A DNA stretch of 59,398 nucleotides from a virus (Duplodnaviria > Caudoviricetes), in IMG/VR virus record IMGVR_UViG_3300005254_000005, positions 1-59,398 of that record; one strand, given 5' to 3'. Positions within the stretch are counted from its first letter, which is position 1; the number at the start of each line of letters is the position of its first letter. The position numbers and the translations under genes were made by a program. Shown one piece after another: positions 1 to 10,053 of the stretch. The notes beneath the pieces are model-generated. The model ran no database searches. It was given only the letters and a program-made list of their open reading frames with translations, and had not been told where the DNA came from.

Positions 1-2436
1 ATATGTAGTATCAGCGCCATCGGCTGTTGGAGCACGAATTGCTCCTTGGCCAATAGCAGAGGATAGCGCGATATTCCCCATGATGTGAAGCCTTTCCAAA
101 GGGCTGCTCGTTCCGATGCCAACGTTGCCGTTATCCAACATCGTAACCAATGCGGTCCCGGAACTGTTTTGAGTTTGGAATGTGGGATCTGTGCCTGTTC
201 CATCTCCCTTGACGACCAATTTTGCATCAAATGATTCGGTCCCAATGCCTACCTTTTCAGTATCCCAATCAAACGCAATAACCGGGCTGATGGTGCCGTG
301 GGAGTAAAGGCCTGGGCCATAGGATTCTGTGCCGTATTGCTGTGTCTCGATCCTGAATATTCGATCCGCCCCATTTCGGATCTGTACCCGCGTTCCGCCG
401 GTCCCCTCTTCCGGAGCCATGCGGATAACAGTATCGCAGTTTCCGGGCGCCCGCATGTGGAGCATTTGGGGAGCATGATTATAGCTCGCACCGTCATAAA
501 AAAAATAGTCGCTTCCGGAGTTCCAGTCGGGTACAGTTCCAGCGTCCTCTGCCCCCTTGGCGAAATTGATTTCAAACGTGTTGCCGCCCACGCCCCCCTC
601 CGCGAGATTGAATCCCATGTAAGCGCACATATCCGAAGCGTCATTCCCACTGTCTCGTCCGGACCAGGTGTTATCTGGATAATTAAATTTCGTGTTATAG
701 GAGAGCACCCAACTCCTCTCCCATCCGTTAAATGTCTGGTACCAATTTCCGTATTTGGTTTCGCCTCCCTTCCACGTAATCACCGGGGCCTGGGTATATC
801 CAGCGTCTGGAAGGGATGCTACGCTCGGAATTTCAAAGATCAAGCCTTCGTCATAATCCGCTGTTTTAATGTGCAGGTGCCCGGTAGGCGAGGATTGACC
901 GATGCCCACATTTCCTTCGATAATCGCCCCGTTTGAAGGTGCGGCCGTGGTGCCTGAATACGTTGCGCCAATGGCGACGCCGCCCTCAACGTCGAGCTTT
1001 GAGGCTGGGGTAGCGGTCCCGATCCCCACTACTCCATTAACGATCAACCCATCGGCGGGCGGAGTGTTTGACCCGGCGAAAGTGCTTCCAATAGCCATAC
1101 CGCCGTTATTGACGATGGCGGTTACTACTGCACCTTCCCACAGCTTGACGGGATCTCCATAAACTCCAAACTCTTTATATGTGGAAGTTCCGTGGTCGTA
1201 AGCCCCTACATATCCGACGTTGCTGCCATAAGTCAAAGTCGCACCTGCTCCGGATGCAGGAGCACTTGATCCTGTGGCCCGGATCATGCCACTAACGTCG
1301 AGCTTTGATTGAGGAGAGGATGTGCCAATCCCAGTATTCCCACCGTCCGCTATAAGCATTCCCGCAGCGCCTGAGTCATCATAGAGCTTGAGGCCCCCTG
1401 AATCCCGGGCGCGAATCTCGTCTGTGCCGATATACATACTGTCATTTTGCGTCCACGATTGTTCTCGTACTGCTGCGGTCAGCCCGTCCGGCGTTACGCA
1501 CCGGCCTGTATCGGTCCCGGTTTGGCATTCAGCATTGGTGGCAAGTTCAACCACGCCGGTGGCTGACGTGGTGGCATCCTGTTTGAGTGCCCCGAATGCT
1601 GCCGAGGCCGTGGTTTGACCTGTACCACCCTGGTCAACAGGGACGGTGCCGGAAGAAGTGAGGTTTTTAGATGCATCCGTGAAAACAGGCTTGGAGGCGG
1701 TAAGGGAGGTAAGTCTCACAGCTGACCCATCCGTGTAAAGAGGACTACTTGCCATTGTATCCGCATCAAGGTAATAGGCCAGATATCCAGCCGTGCCGTT
1801 GCCGTCCAGTAAAGTGCCAGGCGTCCACACGTCCGGGTCTATCTCGTCGGTCTTGAAATACCCGGATGAGTCAAGGACCATGACGCTGTTGCCTGTACCT
1901 GCGCCGATGCTTGGGGCATAAATTGTCGAGGAAAACTTTGCTGTTCCGACAACATCCAGGTATGCGGTAGGGCTACTTGTACCTATCCCCACATAGCCGC
2001 CGTATGGATTTAAATACAAATTCCGAGCAACATCGCTGCCATCAATAGCCTGAATAACAGCGCCATTTGCATCGGCAGCTAACACGATCTTTCTATTTGG
2101 GTTGCCTATTCGCAGACGATCATCAACATCGCTAAGGCCACCGTAATAATTTGTCAGGATATCCAGCTTCCCTATCGGACTCATCCCAATCCCGACTTTT
2201 CCTTCTTTTAGATACAGCGTATTGGCGACAGCGCCACTCTCGACGCTTGTAAAAGGCGCGACGGAATTTTGATTCAGCGAAAAATTTGCTCCCGGAGTTA
2301 TGCTTGGAACAACAAGACCTGCAAACTCCGGCGAATCCTTCGGCCCCAGGTCCTGGCCGAAATACGCCCCGGACCGGAACGGAATGACGAAAGTGCTCAA
2401 TAAAACCGCTATGTAAAGCCACTTGCTGCGTTTCAT
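1..2436 (-). CDS. Tail fibre/adhesin-like protein with signal-peptide-like N-terminus (3' end outside window)
   Basis: Not in ORF track because no stop in window. ATG 2436 with AAGGAG RBS; reads MKRSKWLYIAVLLSTFVIPF..., repeated G(N/K/Y)VGIG(T/M)xxP units; spot-checked in frame down to about position 100. Confidence 0.75.
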   Translation of the reverse strand, partial: MKRSKWLYIAVLLSTFVIPFRSGAYFGQDLGPKDSPEFAGLVVPSITPGANFSLNQNSVAPFTSVESGAVANTLYLKEGKVGIGMSPIGKLDILTNYYGGLSDVDDRLRIGNPNRKIVLAADANGAVIQAIDGSDVARNLYLNPYGGYVGIGTSSPTAYLDVVGTAKFSSTIYAPSIGAGTGNSVMVLDSSGYFKTDEIDPDVWTPGTLLDGNGTAGYLAYYLDADTMASSPLYTDGSAVRLTSLTASKPVFTDASKNLTSSGTVPVDQGGTGQTTASAAFGALKQDATTSATGVVELATNAECQTGTDTGRCVTPDGLTAAVREQSWTQNDSMYIGTDEIRARDSGGLKLYDDSGAAGMLIADGGNTGIGTSSPQSKLDVSGMIRATGSSAPASGAGATLTYGSNVGYVGAYDHGTSTYKEFGVYGDPVKLWEGAVVTAIVNNGGMAIGSTFAGSNTPPADGLIVNGVVGIGTATPASKLDVEGGVAIGATYSGTTAAPSNGAIIEGNVGIGQSSPTGHLHIKTADYDEGLIFEIPSVASLPDAGYTQAPVITWKGGETKYGNWYQTFNGWERSWVLSYNTKFNYPDNTWSGRDSGNDASDMCAYMGFNLAEGGVGGNTFEINFAKGAEDAGTVPDWNSGSDYFFYDGASYNHAPQMLHMRAPGNCDTVIRMAPEEGTGGTRVQIRNGADRIFRIETQQYGTESYGPGLYSHGTISPVIAFDWDTEKVGIGTESFDAKLVVKGDGTGTDPTFQTQNSSGTALVTMLDNGNVGIGTSSPLERLHIMGNIALSSAIGQGAIRAPTADGADTTY

Positions 2437-2450
2437 GGCTGATCTCTCCT

Positions 2451-3602
2451 TTAAATGATCGATAGATTCGTTCCGTTGCTATATAGAGTCCGCGCCCCGT
2501 TGTCGTTGTGAATCGTGATGGACGCTGCGCCATCGATGGTTTCAACTCCTTCGGTCGAGATGGTAATGTTATACGTTCCGGCACTGCCTGATTCATCCTT
2601 GATGATAAATCGCCGCCCGGCCACGGCGATATCCGCAGAACTAATCTGATATTCTCTTGGCGCATTAAGAATGGTGAACGCTACGATAAAATCCGTGGTC
2701 AGCTCTGTGTTGATCCGGTCTTCGTCAACGACAGCCACATAGCCGCGATCGCTTTCCATCACCGCGCCCGCTGCGGCGACATTGGCAGCGTCGGTTACGT
2801 CGGCGCCCTCTTCGATGCCCGCTAATTTGCTCTTCTCCGCATCCGTATAGGCGTTTGTATCCTCTTCCGCCTCATACAGTGACTTAATCTCAGCCCCGGT
2901 CTGATCGGCCGTGGCGCCCTCTTCGATGCCGTCAAGCTTGGCGATCTGTGTTGCAGTGGCCAGGCCTTTCTGCGCAGCGGTGGCATCCTGGATATCGTCC
3001 GTGCCGTCGGTATGATTTGACGCATGAGCCTCAAGGACATATAAATTATACAGCGTGTCAAAATACGTCTTGAGCGTTGCCTTGAGATTCGCCCACGTCA
3101 GCTTCTTGAGGACATTGCTGGCCGCACTATCGATCAAGCCAACTTCATCCGCATCAACCGGAGTGGTCTTTCCTGATACGCCATGGATGCTTGATGCTAT
3201 ATTTACGGCATCTGTGACATCAGCCCCTGTCTCAATTCCAGAGAGCTTGCTCTTTTCAGCGTCTGTGAAAGCATTCGTATTGGCTTCTGCTTCGTAGAGA
3301 GCCTTTATCTCTGCCCCGGTAGGCAAGGGCCGAATGTTGGTCAGTATCCACCTGAGCGCTCCATCGTAGGCCACGCCCTCGCTTTGCCAATCCGGCTTGA
3401 TTACATCCGGCGAGTCTTCATCCAGTCCCGAATCCGCATCGGCAATGTAATGGTAAACCGCGTCGCCCTGCACAAACACGATGGCAACGTACCTGTCAGC
3501 AATGCCCGGATCGTCTCCAACGGCATCCACATAGACCGCATCCAGGGCACCCGAGCCACCCCCCGTGAGAGCCGTAGCGCCTATGGCGTAGATATCAGCC
3601 AT
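2451..3602 (-). CDS. Tail fibre/tail-associated protein
   Basis: Repeated AEKSKLxGIExGADVTDA and TGAEIKxLYEAE units typical of fibre shafts; position in tail module. Confidence 0.7.
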   Translation of the reverse strand: MADIYAIGATALTGGGSGALDAVYVDAVGDDPGIADRYVAIVFVQGDAVYHYIADADSGLDEDSPDVIKPDWQSEGVAYDGALRWILTNIRPLPTGAEIKALYEAEANTNAFTDAEKSKLSGIETGADVTDAVNIASSIHGVSGKTTPVDADEVGLIDSAASNVLKKLTWANLKATLKTYFDTLYNLYVLEAHASNHTDGTDDIQDATAAQKGLATATQIAKLDGIEEGATADQTGAEIKSLYEAEEDTNAYTDAEKSKLAGIEEGADVTDAANVAAAGAVMESDRGYVAVVDEDRINTELTTDFIVAFTILNAPREYQISSADIAVAGRRFIIKDESGSAGTYNITISTEGVETIDGAASITIHNDNGARTLYSNGTNLSII

Positions 3603-3605
3603 CGG

Positions 3606-3965
3606 CTACGACACCGCTACCAGGGCTTCAATGGTGAATTCTGCACGGGCCTTCAAGGGAAGGCCGATTCCATAATCTGAAGTATAGATTGCCTCGACGG
3701 TTAAAATTCGCTTATTGGTCACGCCCGATATGATTGCGAGGTCGTCACCCGAAAGAACGATGTTGATCGAAGCGGCAGGTATGGCTACGCTCACGTCCTC
3801 CCGGGAATTAACGACGGTTCCGGACACATCGGTCAGCGTCCACGTAATCGTCGTAGGAATAAGATCGTCGCCATCCTCGTCAGTAAAAGCAACCGTCACA
3901 ATATAGGTAGATTTTTCAATCGCATTTTCAAGAGCTGTGGCAGCCATCGAAGCACCTCGCATCAA
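3606..3965 (-). CDS. Putative baseplate/tail-associated beta-rich protein
   Basis: Acidic beta-strand-rich 119 aa ORF between tail genes. Confidence 0.5.
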   Translation of the reverse strand: MMRGASMAATALENAIEKSTYIVTVAFTDEDGDDLIPTTITWTLTDVSGTVVNSREDVSVAIPAASINIVLSGDDLAIISGVTNKRILTVEAIYTSDYGIGLPLKARAEFTIEALVAVS

Positions 3966-4380
3966 ATGTCATGGTTGGTTGAAGGATTGAAATTTCGCAT
4001 CCGGCACATATTCGAGAAAAAGTCATGGAAGAGAGTGATGAATTAAGAAAGCTCATAGTCGCTTGCTTGGCTGATAGGGCCGCAGAAGCCTTAAGTTCCG
4101 ATGGCGTACTTGCTGCAATTGAATGAGCCGTAAACACCATGGCCGCCTGAACATTGCCGAATGCCATGTCCGCTGCTACTGTGCTTATCGCTACTCCTGC
4201 CAAGGCATGCAAAGCCATGCTGACAACGGGATAGGCTGCGCTGAACGCCATGGCAGGCTGCGAGGCCGCAAAGCACATAGCGCCGACGACCGCGGCATAA
4301 AGGTTTAAATCGTGCCAGGTAAAGGCGTTTCGATCATGCCAGGTGAATGCATTTCGATCATGCCAATTAAAGAGAGACAT
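3928..4380 (-). CDS. Hypothetical tail-module protein with N-terminal WHDRNAFT repeats
   Basis: Co-oriented ORF; three WHD-containing 8-aa units at N-terminus. Confidence 0.5.
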   Translation of the reverse strand: MSLFNWHDRNAFTWHDRNAFTWHDLNLYAAVVGAMCFAASQPAMAFSAAYPVVSMALHALAGVAISTVAADMAFGNVQAAMVFTAHSIAASTPSELKASAALSAKQATMSFLNSSLSSMTFSRICAGCEISILQPTMTFDARCFDGCHSS

Positions 4381-4397
4381 TCAGGCTGCTCCCGAGT

Positions 4398-4583
4398 TCA
4401 CTTTCTCAATCGCAATAAGCCCTTCGATGCAGACCACCACTCAATCAAGAGCGTCACGATCCGGTCGTCGTGGACTGTTTTTGTTTTTTTGGCGATAACT
4501 TTCAGGGCACCGAATATTGCAGGGATAATCAGCAAATTCAGCACCCATGAAAGCCACCACCAGTTTGCAGCGAGCCAGATCAT
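4398..4583 (-). CDS. Holin-like small membrane protein
   Basis: MIWLAANWWWLSWVLNLLIIPAIFGAL hydrophobic helix then basic KKTKTVHDD; ATG overlaps upstream TGA; in lysis cluster. Confidence 0.5.
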   Translation of the reverse strand: MIWLAANWWWLSWVLNLLIIPAIFGALKVIAKKTKTVHDDRIVTLLIEWWSASKGLLRLRK

Positions 4584-4780
4584 CAGTCGCCGCTGTAGGG
4601 CTGGATCAGCCCGGCTGCCCCGTCGCACGCTGCGAGGATCCGGTCGTCATAGATGTGGGTCGGATCGTCGATCTTTTCGATCAGCAAGGACCGAAGATAC
4701 GATTTGTAAAGCATGCCAAGGGCCGATGCACCCATGGATTCCATGCTGCCTACATTGGTGTTAGGGGTTAGTTGCGCCAT
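4583..4780 (-). CDS. Small hypothetical protein (lysis region)
   Basis: AGGAG RBS, stop coupled to next start. Confidence 0.5.
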   Translation of the reverse strand: MAQLTPNTNVGSMESMGASALGMLYKSYLRSLLIEKIDDPTHIYDDRILAACDGAAGLIQPYSGD

Positions 4781-4783
4781 GAT

Positions 4784-4993
4784 TTATTCTCCTTTGTGAT
4801 GGGTTGGGTTTGAAAACCAGGCCTCATATTCGGCCTGTCGTTTGCGTGCTTCGGCCAGGCGTTGGTCGATATCGCTTTTGCGCGGCCCCCGGATCTTGCG
4901 CCACAGGCGAAGGCATGCTGTGATGTTGATTTTAAAATGCCATCCGTCGCGCGGGCCGTAGCCGTATTCGTCAAGCATCGGTCGGTGCCTCAA
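4784..4993 (-). CDS. Small hypothetical protein
   Basis: Fills gap between co-oriented genes. Confidence 0.4.
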   Translation of the reverse strand: MRHRPMLDEYGYGPRDGWHFKINITACLRLWRKIRGPRKSDIDQRLAEARKRQAEYEAWFSNPTHHKGE

Positions 4994-5271
4994 TTACCAT
5001 CAGTGGTCCACATTCCACCATGCGTTTTTACAGGGTCTACTGTAAACATCGTATCGTCGTCCACGACGATACCTAAATCAGATGATTCTTCTTTCACAAC
5101 CAACTCCGATGGAAACGGCTTCCCTTCCATCACGCTTTTTACGATGTAGTCAACATCGATTTTGGAAAGTCCATTGAATTTGATGGTCACTAAATACGTT
5201 TTGTCTTCTGCCATTGCGTTCGGTAAACAAAAACACAACACGATTGCCGCGATAATCAATACTTTATTCAT
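4990..5271 (-). CDS. Exported hypothetical protein
   Basis: MNKVLIIAAIVLCFCLPNAMA signal peptide; AAGGAG RBS. Confidence 0.6.
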   Translation of the reverse strand: MNKVLIIAAIVLCFCLPNAMAEDKTYLVTIKFNGLSKIDVDYIVKSVMEGKPFPSELVVKEESSDLGIVVDDDTMFTVDPVKTHGGMWTTDGN

Positions 5272-5737
5272 GATATTCTCCTTCCTTTGCAAACTGGTGA
5301 TCTCCCACTTTTTTCAGCCAGGTGAGCTTCGGTGCCCACTTTGGAGTTGCAATGTCCGGGTTCCAGTAATGCGTGGCGCCGCCGGTGATATCGCCGATAT
5401 AGTTATCCAGCACGCCCCAGGCGGCATAGTAGCACTCTCGCCAGTAGAGGTGATGCCGGCGGGTGAAGAAGATCTCATGCCGGAACAGGGCCTGGTTAAA
5501 GCAACTGAAGTGCGCCCGCTTGCAAAGGACGCCCTCATATGTGTTGGGCCATCTCCTTGGATCGTTAACCCGGTTGCGGACCACGCAAGCCACGGCCTGC
5601 TTCCCCTCAAGCGGCTGTTGGGCCGCCTCGCCCACGACGCAAGCTGTGAGAGATGCCAGCGGACCCATGGCCTTGATGCAGGCATAGATCTCGGCCTGGG
5701 TCCAGGGAGTGTCTTTAGTAAGTAGGGTCTGGATCAT
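5264..5737 (-). CDS. Endolysin, SleB/Hydrolase_2-type cell wall hydrolase
   Basis: GEA...GKQAVACVVRNRV...HFSCFN...GGATHYWNP...PKWA...GDHQF motif series. Confidence 0.88.
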   Translation of the reverse strand: MIQTLLTKDTPWTQAEIYACIKAMGPLASLTACVVGEAAQQPLEGKQAVACVVRNRVNDPRRWPNTYEGVLCKRAHFSCFNQALFRHEIFFTRRHHLYWRECYYAAWGVLDNYIGDITGGATHYWNPDIATPKWAPKLTWLKKVGDHQFAKEGEYHE

Positions 5738-6102
5738 GATCCACCCCCACTGTCGTTACATCGAGAACCGGTTTGTTGCCGCAACTGCTGCTTGATGATC
5801 TCCACGTCCAGCTTGATATCGCCCATCTTTTCAGTGATGTTTTCCTGGGACCGCATCAAGGCCGAAAGTAAATGGTCCTGATTGTAAAACAGCACCCCGA
5901 TTACCAGGCTGATCACTGCAATGGATATGCTCAAGGCCGAGACAAACGCCTTTGTGGAGATCCTGCATTCAATGGCCCTCCACATCCGCGTGATTGTTTT
6001 TTCTCGTTCGTACTGGGTGATTTTGATGTGGTCCACAGCTTCCATGAGTCCGGCGTGGCCTTTACATATTCCGTTTGGCGGGGGTGTGTTTTCGGGTGGC
6101 AT
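5734..6102 (-). CDS. Single-TM coiled-coil protein, putative holin/lysis accessory
   Basis: One TM helix (AFVSALSISIAVISLVIGVLFY) directly upstream of endolysin. Confidence 0.5.
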   Translation of the reverse strand: MPPENTPPPNGICKGHAGLMEAVDHIKITQYEREKTITRMWRAIECRISTKAFVSALSISIAVISLVIGVLFYNQDHLLSALMRSQENITEKMGDIKLDVEIIKQQLRQQTGSRCNDSGGGS

Positions 6103-6122
6103 GGGGTCTCCTGGATACGTCC

Positions 6123-7310
6123 TTATTTCTTATAGAAATGGATATAATCAAGAACCATTTTACCGGCATTTCTGATTGCCAGGGTTATGCCTCCAAGTGG
6201 CAAAACAACCCCGGCAGCAGCTAAGTCGATGTCATGAGTGCCAGGTCCAAGGTCTATTATCAACGGGTTTTCAAGGGTCCCACTGAATTTGTATAAAATT
6301 GCATCATCATCCGTAAGAAATGAAATTCCAACAAAACCATCTGATTCATAGGTGGAACAATAGCCGCCACCTGTAGCCACGTCGCATTTCACGATCGCAT
6401 GATCTACGTCCAATCGTGGATCAAGTGGGCATACAATATTTGTTTGAAGACACTGATCTAAGTGTTCATATGTTAGCAACCCGTCTTCTACCGAGACATT
6501 TGTAATTGAGAACGGATCATATAAAACCCATGGATTTTTCGAGTTTATGTCCGGCCCATCCCACGGTTCCCACCAACACGCCTTCGGCTCCTCCTTGAAC
6601 CCGATCACCTTCGCCCCGCTCCATTCATTCCCTTCAAACTCGACTAACACCTCATCGCCCACCTCGAAGGCTGCGCTGTTGCAGCTCATGTATTCGATGG
6701 GGACAGATGAGAGAGAACCGGACTGATTCACGCTCGTCCCATCCACATCCACCGCATATTCATCCTCAAGACTCACACCACATGTATCGAGTTCGTAATC
6801 AATCTCGGTAATCGTTCCCCACCGGTACGTCGGCATCCACTTCTGCCAACCACTCCTCATGGCCCAATTCCAAAAGACATGCGGAGCGCCCGTGGCAATG
6901 GCGGGGACCAGCTTACCGTCCCGGGTCTCATCGTAGACGGCGTTGTCCTCATAACCCGGCTGGATGTTGTATCCGTTCTCCCGCTGGCCTGCCACTTCGC
7001 AAATGCCTACGTTTCCGGAAAGATCTTCGGTAAGATCCGCGCACCATATGCTAACGGTTGGATTTTCCGGAACGTTCGAGGGATCTTGAAGATATTCGAT
7101 TCTCTTTTGCACCGCGGTTGCCTTGAGCTCGACAATACTCCTTTCAAGCCCTGCATCCATGCCGGCGGCCTGGGCATCGAGGGCAGCCTTTTGGGCTTGC
7201 AGGCGTGCGATCTCCGTGTCGACCGATCCAGTTTCGAGTTGGATCTCGACAGAGTATAGCCCGTCCGGCCCACCGCCACTGATAATGCCTTTGCCCATAA
7301 GACTTTCCAT
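6123..7310 (-). CDS. Tail tip/baseplate protein
   Basis: MGKG..GPDGLYSV start, WQKWMPTYRWGTI and IEYMSCNSAAFEVGDEVLVEF...VIGF OB-like segment; synteny. Confidence 0.65.
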   Translation of the reverse strand: MESLMGKGIISGGGPDGLYSVEIQLETGSVDTEIARLQAQKAALDAQAAGMDAGLERSIVELKATAVQKRIEYLQDPSNVPENPTVSIWCADLTEDLSGNVGICEVAGQRENGYNIQPGYEDNAVYDETRDGKLVPAIATGAPHVFWNWAMRSGWQKWMPTYRWGTITEIDYELDTCGVSLEDEYAVDVDGTSVNQSGSLSSVPIEYMSCNSAAFEVGDEVLVEFEGNEWSGAKVIGFKEEPKACWWEPWDGPDINSKNPWVLYDPFSITNVSVEDGLLTYEHLDQCLQTNIVCPLDPRLDVDHAIVKCDVATGGGYCSTYESDGFVGISFLTDDDAILYKFSGTLENPLIIDLGPGTHDIDLAAAGVVLPLGGITLAIRNAGKMVLDYIHFYKK

Positions 7311-7328
7311 TCTCTACGTTATCATTGT

Positions 7329-9206
7329 TTACGGATTCAACGTCCCTGCTATAGCGCCAGATGGAGTTATCGATACGGAAATCGTCATATCAGTTGTCGG
7401 ATCAATGGCTCCAAGCACATACTCTGACGCAAAATATCTTCCCAATGGATCGCTAAACGTTAGATACGAATAGTAGTAAGCTTTCTCGATAGCGCCCAAC
7501 GAAAAAGCTCCAGATACATCCGTTCTTGCAGTAAATAATAATTCCGTATCGGCTCCTATATATTCCTTCGCGTACAATTTTACGATAATGCCTAAAAGAT
7601 CAGTCACGTCAGGATCCTCCTCTTCATCCGGTTCTTCAGGTTCCGCTGCAAGACCCCTTACTTCCATAGTCTGCTGAAGAACGTCAACGATATATTGAAT
7701 TTCATCGACAACAAATGTCGTTTCACCATCAACTACCGTATCGCCGGGGTTAAGATAGAGGCTTGGAATGGAGCAGCGATAACGGTATTGACCATTTAAA
7801 AATTGCGTGTAAACCAAATCCTGCATGGTGAGGCTTTTGGCTGCACCTGACGCGACTTGCTGATAGCCAACCAAAGTGATGGATGAATTTAAAGGCCCTT
7901 CATCAATGCGGGGATCTTCAAGGTGAACCGAAATCAATGTGTTCCGGTAGGCGACTTCGCCATTCAGCTCGTAAATCATATCCACTTTAATATCGCCATT
8001 CGACCGGGCGTTAATGGCATCCGTGTACGTGAGGTCTTTAATGACAACGCTGAGATAACTTGGAGATCCGGATCGACGACGACACTGAAAAGACTTAATA
8101 GGAATTTCAATATCGGTTTCTCCGTCTGCATCACCTGTGAGGGTAAAGAGGTATCGGCGAACTGTCTTTGAATAATTGGCGAGCAGCCAAAGCGACCATG
8201 CGGCCCCATCCCAGATGGCGGCGTCATAGGTGGCCAGGGTAAAGGCCTTGGCTTCGGCTTCAACGTCAATATCATAGCTGATGAGGGCATCGGGCGCAGT
8301 CAGGGTTAAAGACGCACAAGTGCAGCGGATGATATACTCCCAAGTCACCTCAGCATTATGAACCGCGATGGTTAAGGGCACTACCGCGGCGTCGACTTCG
8401 ATCAAAAACACAACAGAAGCCGCATTGGGAGTCAGAGTCAGGGATGCGCAGGCAGCTAAGAGATTGACATTATGAACGATTACGGCTGCATTTGAGGTAA
8501 TTGTCAGGGAAACACATGCAGCGTTGACTTGAGCACCGAATCCAACTTGAGCAGCCTGGGCGGCAATGGATAGGGAAACGCAAGTGGCTTGAATGTCAAG
8601 ATCATAGCTGATCGTTGCAGCATTTGGAGTGAGGGTGAGGGATACGCAGTCGGCAGAGACTTCAACGGATTCGGACCATTCCACATATAGCCCCGGCGGG
8701 TCCGATCCTCCATTGTAATCGATTGAATTTAACGACCGGTCAGCGTTTGCCGTGCTGCCGTCATCCTTCACCACTACCATGACAGCCTGGCCGCTGGCCC
8801 ATCCTACGCGGTCGATAATGTCTTGCAGGATAGATGTCAGATCCGGGCTGTCATAATCGGTCCCGGCGGTCCAGGCAGCGACAGAATCCCATGCGACGGC
8901 TGCGGTCAGGGCCAGGGCGCCCGCTTCCGTGTTGTCGGTTGGAGCTACGGCATCGTCAACATCGTTAAAATAGGCATTGGCATAGACCGTCGTTCCACTT
9001 TCATCTAAAGCGGCCCGGCCTGTCAGGTATGCATTTGTAATTATTGACCCTGCAGGGATGGTTACGTTGGGGAATCGAATAAAGCAATGGCGTGCGGTTC
9101 CTCCAGGTGCGCCAAACGTAAAATAGGCGACGTTGTTATCGAAACCTCCATTGCCGAAAGCTCCGTCGTCTCCCGATACGCCTGGGTAAAAAGTTGTGGT
9201 AGGCAT
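7329..9206 (-). CDS. Tail/baseplate hub-like protein with N-terminal carbohydrate-binding-like domain and Ala/Val/Thr repeats
   Basis: FIRFPNVTIPAGSIITNAYL domain; about 20-aa CxSLTLTxxAAxI repeats; tail module. Confidence 0.6.
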   Translation of the reverse strand: MPTTTFYPGVSGDDGAFGNGGFDNNVAYFTFGAPGGTARHCFIRFPNVTIPAGSIITNAYLTGRAALDESGTTVYANAYFNDVDDAVAPTDNTEAGALALTAAVAWDSVAAWTAGTDYDSPDLTSILQDIIDRVGWASGQAVMVVVKDDGSTANADRSLNSIDYNGGSDPPGLYVEWSESVEVSADCVSLTLTPNAATISYDLDIQATCVSLSIAAQAAQVGFGAQVNAACVSLTITSNAAVIVHNVNLLAACASLTLTPNAASVVFLIEVDAAVVPLTIAVHNAEVTWEYIIRCTCASLTLTAPDALISYDIDVEAEAKAFTLATYDAAIWDGAAWSLWLLANYSKTVRRYLFTLTGDADGETDIEIPIKSFQCRRRSGSPSYLSVVIKDLTYTDAINARSNGDIKVDMIYELNGEVAYRNTLISVHLEDPRIDEGPLNSSITLVGYQQVASGAAKSLTMQDLVYTQFLNGQYRYRCSIPSLYLNPGDTVVDGETTFVVDEIQYIVDVLQQTMEVRGLAAEPEEPDEEEDPDVTDLLGIIVKLYAKEYIGADTELLFTARTDVSGAFSLGAIEKAYYYSYLTFSDPLGRYFASEYVLGAIDPTTDMTISVSITPSGAIAGTLNP

Positions 9207-9234
9207 TTCACCCTACTCCCCACCCTTACGCCAT

Positions 9235-9672
9235 TTATGAAATGGTAAGGATCCCGCTGGCATTCCAAGTTATCGTGAGGTCCCCACCACTCATATCCAC
9301 CGGGCCACCCAGGTCTACGAAAGCAAGCGCATCATGCCCCGCATCCGTGTAGTTATAGATAATCCCCCAGTAGGCGTCCACATCGTTTCCCACGTCCTGC
9401 GCCCATGTAGGATTTGTGGCACTGTCGAAGGTCATAACGCCTGCGGCTTCAGTTACGAGATCGGCCAATGTACCGAGGTCTATTCCGCCGGCCACGTAAG
9501 TTCCCCCAGCGCCGACTTCCGTAAAATCACCCAGAGTAGGCGTTGCGGTATCCGCTGCAGGGGTTGTCGTATCGTCACAGATTGCGCAGTAAAAATGGTC
9601 CGTGCTGGCCCAGTCGCCGTCCAGCATTTTGGCCAGGGCCTCTTCAAAAACCGTTACATCGCCTCGTGCCAT
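9235..9672 (-). CDS. Conserved phage tail/baseplate protein
   Basis: EV..GGTYVAGG and GGDLTITWNASGILT motifs common in phage structural proteins. Confidence 0.65.
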   Translation of the reverse strand: MARGDVTVFEEALAKMLDGDWASTDHFYCAICDDTTTPAADTATPTLGDFTEVGAGGTYVAGGIDLGTLADLVTEAAGVMTFDSATNPTWAQDVGNDVDAYWGIIYNYTDAGHDALAFVDLGGPVDMSGGDLTITWNASGILTIS

Positions 9673-9684
9673 GATCTTCTCTCC

Positions 9685-10035
9685 TTATGCTGAAAGTTTT
9701 TCCTTGATTCCCAAGTTGAACGTTGCGATTCCGCTGCCCCTGACCCTTAAACTCAGAGGTGAAACTAAAAACACCCCTTCCCAAATGGCGAGGGTCAATT
9801 CCGTGTTGTTTTCAAGCAAATTCTTCAAGGTTGCCGCTACGGTTTCGGACACGATTGCTTTAACCTGGTATTGCCGGTCTGAAGCCGTGAATCCCTGGTC
9901 TGAAAAAGTCACGCCCTGGTCCAGCGTCTTGGCGATGGACACCCTTCGCTCGCCCGAATAAAGGGCCGGGTCAATGAGTTCAAGGACTACCGGCATGTTT
10001 GCGTCGGACGTAGTTTTTGAAAGAATTGCAATCAT
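9685..10035 (-). CDS. Putative distal tail (Dit-like) protein
   Basis: RRVSIAKTLDQGVTFSDQGFTASDR motif; position after tape-measure slot. Confidence 0.55.
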   Translation of the reverse strand: MIAILSKTTSDANMPVVLELIDPALYSGERRVSIAKTLDQGVTFSDQGFTASDRQYQVKAIVSETVAATLKNLLENNTELTLAIWEGVFLVSPLSLRVRGSGIATFNLGIKEKLSA

Positions 10036-10053
10036 GATTTATCGCCTTGCACG

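Noticed and set aside
249-2665. ORF-track calls in the first 2.6 kb
   Set aside because: Alternative frames of the long minus-strand fibre genes
1-9206. Diversity-generating retroelement acting on tail fibres
   Set aside because: No reverse transcriptase and no adenine-variant repeat pair seen in the window
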